Below are positions 20,927 to 24,000 of a DNA stretch of 24,000 nt, piece after piece. This DNA comes from Mesocricetibacter intestinalis. GTDB taxonomy: Bacteria; Pseudomonadota; Gammaproteobacteria; Enterobacterales; Pasteurellaceae. The translations under genes were made by a program, and so were the position numbers. The notes beneath the pieces were generated by a model that made no database searches, was not told the DNA's origin, and saw only the letters and a list, made by a program, of their open reading frames with translations. Positions within the stretch are counted from its first letter, which is position 1. Each line of letters begins with the position of its first letter. The stretch lies in assembly GCF_004363295.1 (NCBI RefSeq), contig NZ_SNYQ01000001.1, forward strand, positions 548,706 through 572,705, read 5' to 3'.

Positions 20927-21961
20927 TTATGCCTGTTTATTGGGGCGAACGTACATAAAATGGCTCATCAGCCAGGTACCCACCATAATGAAAAATAAGG
21001 AAATCCAGCCTTTACTGCTCATTGCAGCGGTGGCGGTTAATCCGTTACCTATGGTACAACCGCCGGCAAGGGAGGCGCCGACGCCCATTAATAAACCGCC
21101 GATAACGCTATTCGCCAGGGTTTTTAAGTCAGGTAACCGCCATCTGAATTCATGGCTGCCTTTAGCGGCGAGATAAGAGCCGAGCAGGATTCCCAGAACC
21201 AGAAAGACGCCCCAGTTAATTTTTTTGGTATCGCCGGTAGTCAGAAAATTAATAATATTGGCGGAAGGGCCGGTAATCCCCAAGCCGGCGGTTTTCCCCT
21301 GCATGGCATTTACCCACCAAGCGGCGAATGCCAGCAGACCGATTAAAACCGCGGCAAAGAAAGGATGATGGCGCTTTTCAAACAGCCAGTGGCGCAGGCC
21401 GGAATAACGCGGCGGCAGGGTGGCGAGTTTTAAGCTCGGTTTACTGAGGGATTTGTAAACCAGAAAGAGGGTGATTACGACCAACAGGGCGACCAGCCAC
21501 CAGGCGGAAATATTCAGGCTGGCCGCCAGGTTGTCATTAATTCGCCCATATTGTGCCATGGATTTTTGAAAACCGTTAAGGGGGCCGTAGCGCATCATTG
21601 CAGCGCTAATCATATACATCAGTAATGCGATCCAGCTGCTGATCAGACCTTCTCCCGCATGATACCAGGTTCCGGTGGCGCAGCCGCTGGCAAGTACGAT
21701 GCTGATGCCGAACAGAACGGAACCTATAATAGTGGAAAACAGGGAAAAATCTTTATAGGGCGAACCTATATAGCCGGTTTGAATTAATGCGATAACGCCG
21801 ATACTCTGTACGCTGATAGCGATTAGCAGGGCATAAAACATACGGTTGTTGCGGCTAATATACATATCGCGGAAGCCGCCGGTTAGGCAAAAACGGGAAC
21901 GTTGGAAGATGAAACCGAGCAGACTGCCGATTAGCAGAGCGGATAAGAAAGACAGAAACAT
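20927..21961 (-). CDS. yeeE: YeeE/YedE-family thiosulfate transporter (TsuA)
   Basis: 344-aa membrane ORF with the conserved Cys motifs FQRSRFCLTGGFRD, ASGCATGTWY and AGGCTIGNGL. AAGG lies 8 nt upstream of the ATG. Confidence 0.85.
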   Translation of the reverse strand: MFLSFLSALLIGSLLGFIFQRSRFCLTGGFRDMYISRNNRMFYALLIAISVQSIGVIALIQTGYIGSPYKDFSLFSTIIGSVLFGISIVLASGCATGTWYHAGEGLISSWIALLMYMISAAMMRYGPLNGFQKSMAQYGRINDNLAASLNISAWWLVALLVVITLFLVYKSLSKPSLKLATLPPRYSGLRHWLFEKRHHPFFAAVLIGLLAFAAWWVNAMQGKTAGLGITGPSANIINFLTTGDTKKINWGVFLVLGILLGSYLAAKGSHEFRWRLPDLKTLANSVIGGLLMGVGASLAGGCTIGNGLTATAAMSSKGWISLFFIMVGTWLMSHFMYVRPNKQA

Positions 21962-22232
21962 AACTAAACCTTAGTATAATGTGTTGATAAGTAAAGCAAC
22001 CACAGTATAAATAATTATATTTCCGGCTAAAACGGGCAAATTGTTTTTTTGTGATATTGTTCTCAGAAAATATTCTGACATAGCTGCGGGGCGCGGATTT
22101 AATCAGCATTTTTGGTATGAAAAGACAACGGAAGATTCATCCTGAATATAACTTATAACAATAAGGTATTTAGGAATGGATTTTTTTATTTTAGAATAAT
22201 CACCCGTTTCTCTTACAGAAGGAAAAAGTTTT

Positions 22233-23015
22233 ATGTTTAAAAAATTAGCGTTTCTGATGACCGGCGTTTTAGCTTTTGCGGCAAGCGCTCAAGCGGCGGA
22301 CAGTCTGATTGATCGTATTAATAATAAAGGAACTATTACCGTAGGGACGGAAGGAACCTATGCCCCTTTTACTTATCATGACGCCAGCGGTAAATTAACC
22401 GGCTACGATGTTGAAGTTACCCGTGCGGTAGCGGAAAAATTAGGGGTAAAAGTCGAATTTAAAGAAACCTCCTGGGATTCTATGATGGCGGGTCTGAAAG
22501 CGGGCCGTTTCGATATGGTGGCCAATCAGGTTGCACTGACGACGCCGGAACGTAAGGCGACTTTTGACAAATCCGAATCTTACAGCTGGTCCGGTGCGAT
22601 GATGCTGGTGCGTCAGGAGGATAACAGCATTAAAACCCTAGAAGATGTAAAAGGACGCAAAGCGGCTCAGACGCTGAGCAGTAACTACGGCGAGTTGGCA
22701 ACGAAATTACAGGCTAAAATCGTACCAATCGACGGTATGGCGCAGGGGTTGTTATTGATTCAACAGAAAAGAGCGGATTTGACCTTTAATGACAGTTTGG
22801 CGTTATTGGATTATTTGAAGAAAAATCCGAATTCCGGGTTGAAAACCGCCTGGGAAGCGCCCACCGATGAAAAAGTAGGGGCAGGCTTAATCGTAAACAA
22901 AGGGAATGAGGAAGCATTGGCTAAAATCAGTGCGGCGATTGTAGAACTGCGTAATGAAGGCACCCTGAAACAACTGGGTGAACAATTCTTCGGCAGAGAT
23001 ATCAGTGTTAAATAA
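22233..23015 (+). CDS. tcyJ: Polar amino-acid (probably L-cystine) ABC transporter periplasmic binding protein (FliY/TcyJ/TcyA-like, HI1080-like)
   Basis: Signal peptide ending SAQA/AD. VGTEGTYAPFTYHD...GKLTGYDVEV...FKETSWDSMMAGLKAGRFDMVANQV is a typical family-3 SBP. Cystine as substrate is inferred from similarity and from the sulfur-gene context. Confidence 0.8.
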   Translation: MFKKLAFLMTGVLAFAASAQAADSLIDRINNKGTITVGTEGTYAPFTYHDASGKLTGYDVEVTRAVAEKLGVKVEFKETSWDSMMAGLKAGRFDMVANQVALTTPERKATFDKSESYSWSGAMMLVRQEDNSIKTLEDVKGRKAAQTLSSNYGELATKLQAKIVPIDGMAQGLLLIQQKRADLTFNDSLALLDYLKKNPNSGLKTAWEAPTDEKVGAGLIVNKGNEEALAKISAAIVELRNEGTLKQLGEQFFGRDISVK

Positions 23016-23721
23016 TATTCTTACCTCTATTCCGTTTATGACCGAAGCCCGAGCGGATTTGGTTATAAACGCATTCTGGCCCATGGTTAACGCAGCGGTA
23101 TTGGTTTCAATACCGCTTGCCGTTATTTCCTTTATTCTGGGTATGATAATTGCGGTGGCCGTTGCTCTGGTACGAATCACACCGGGCGGCGGAATTATTC
23201 ACCGTATTTTTCTGCTTATCGTTAAAGTTTATATTTCGATTATCCGCGGTACGCCGATGCTGGTGCAGATTTCCGTCGTGTTCTACGGTCTGCCGGCCAT
23301 AGGCGTTTATATCGATCCAATTCCCGCCGCAATTATCGGTTTTTCTCTGAATATTGGCGCTTATGCTTCGGAAACCGTGCGGGCGGCGATTTCTTCCGTA
23401 CCTAAAGGTCAGTGGGAAGCCGGTTATACCATAGGTATGACCTATATGCAGACCTTTCGCCGCATTATTGCGCCGCAGGCATTTCGGGTAGCGGTACCGC
23501 CGCTAAGTAATACTTTTATCGGTCTGTTTAAGGATACTTCCTTGGCCTCGGTGGTTACGGTAACGGAAATGTTTCGCGTGGCTCAGCAGGTGGCGAATAT
23601 GTCCTACGACTTTTTGCCTATTTATATTGAAGCGGGTCTGATTTATTGGTGTTTCTGCTGGGTACTGTTCTTTATTCAGGCCAGAGTGGAAAAACGTATG
23701 GAACGCTATGTAGCACGATAA
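23005..23721 (+). CDS. tcyL: Cystine-type ABC transporter permease (YecS/TcyL-like)
   Basis: Long blocks resemble E. coli YecS: ISIIRGTPMLVQ, SETVRAAISSVPKGQWEAGYTIGMT, PPLSNTFIGLFKDTSLAS. The start is uncertain: GTG at 23005 (preferred, 11-nt overlap with the SBP gene) or GTG at 22978 (track). The ATG at 23038 would cut off the conserved N-terminal IPF segment. Confidence 0.82.
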   Translation: MLNNILTSIPFMTEARADLVINAFWPMVNAAVLVSIPLAVISFILGMIIAVAVALVRITPGGGIIHRIFLLIVKVYISIIRGTPMLVQISVVFYGLPAIGVYIDPIPAAIIGFSLNIGAYASETVRAAISSVPKGQWEAGYTIGMTYMQTFRRIIAPQAFRVAVPPLSNTFIGLFKDTSLASVVTVTEMFRVAQQVANMSYDFLPIYIEAGLIYWCFCWVLFFIQARVEKRMERYVAR

Positions 23722-23731
23722 GGATTCTGGA

Positions 23732-24000
23732 GTGATTAAAATACGCAATATTCATAAAGCCTTCGGCGATAACGAAATTCTGCGCGGTATTGATCTGGAC
23801 ATTAAGAAAGGGCAGGTCATTGTTATTTTGGGCCCTTCCGGTTCGGGGAAAACCACCTTTTTGCGCTGTTTGAACGCTTTGGAAATACCGGAGCAGGGCA
23901 GTATCGCTTTTGAAAATGAACGTCCGTTGCAAGTGGATTTTGCCGCTAAGTCGGTGAAAAAAGATATTCTTGCCCTGCGCCGTAAATCGGGCATGGTATT
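23732..24000 (+). CDS. tcyN: Cystine-type ABC transporter ATP-binding protein (YecC/TcyN-like), N-terminal 89 codons; continues beyond the window
   Basis: My own translation from the GTG at 23732 (TAAGGA 7 nt upstream) gives VIKIRNIHKAFGDNEILRGIDLDIKKGQVIVILGPSGSGKTTFLRCLNALE. Walker A is present and the frame is open to the window end. Confidence 0.85.
   Translation, partial: MIKIRNIHKAFGDNEILRGIDLDIKKGQVIVILGPSGSGKTTFLRCLNALEIPEQGSIAFENERPLQVDFAAKSVKKDILALRRKSGMV

Overview
This 24-kb chromosomal segment looks like Pasteurellaceae. It carries eight perfect Hin-type uptake signal sequences (AAGTGCGGT / ACCGCACTT), has mid-40s % GC by eye, and its proteins match my memory of Haemophilus, Aggregatibacter, Actinobacillus succinogenes and Mannheimia homologues. 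I cannot name the species.

Gene order:
- trhP/yegQ (partial, minus strand), divergent from metF.
- znuB-znuC (minus), divergent from mepM/yebA.
- A four-gene FecCD-type Fe-siderophore ABC importer: permease, permease, ATPase and a CeuE/VctP/YclQ-like binding protein.
- ygiW-qseB-qseC (FirRS-like).
- glnE, convergent with qseC.
- A visibly lower-GC beta-glucoside PTS operon in the order bglF - phospho-beta-glucosidase - licT/bglG, with a textbook RAT/terminator leader.
- yeeE-yeeD (thiosulfate uptake), divergent from a cystine-type ABC importer: binding protein, permease and a partial ATPase.

I saw no rRNA, tRNA, CRISPR array, IS/transposase, integrase, phage gene or defence-like gene. The window is tightly packed with recognisable housekeeping and nutrient-uptake genes, and I do not see a convincing wholly novel system.

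The items most worth a second look:
- A perfect CTTAAT-N5-CTTAAT response-regulator box upstream of ygiW.
- A 70-aa His/Met/Gly/Lys-rich low-complexity extension on YgiW.
- An attenuator with duplicated CCCTTGGCGG between ygiW and qseB.
- The adjacency of a catecholate-type siderophore importer to the iron/catecholamine-type QseBC system.
- The low-GC bgl operon with its antiterminator gene placed last.
- Several unexplained palindromes and structured spacers.

All coordinates and motifs were read by eye. No database search was run.
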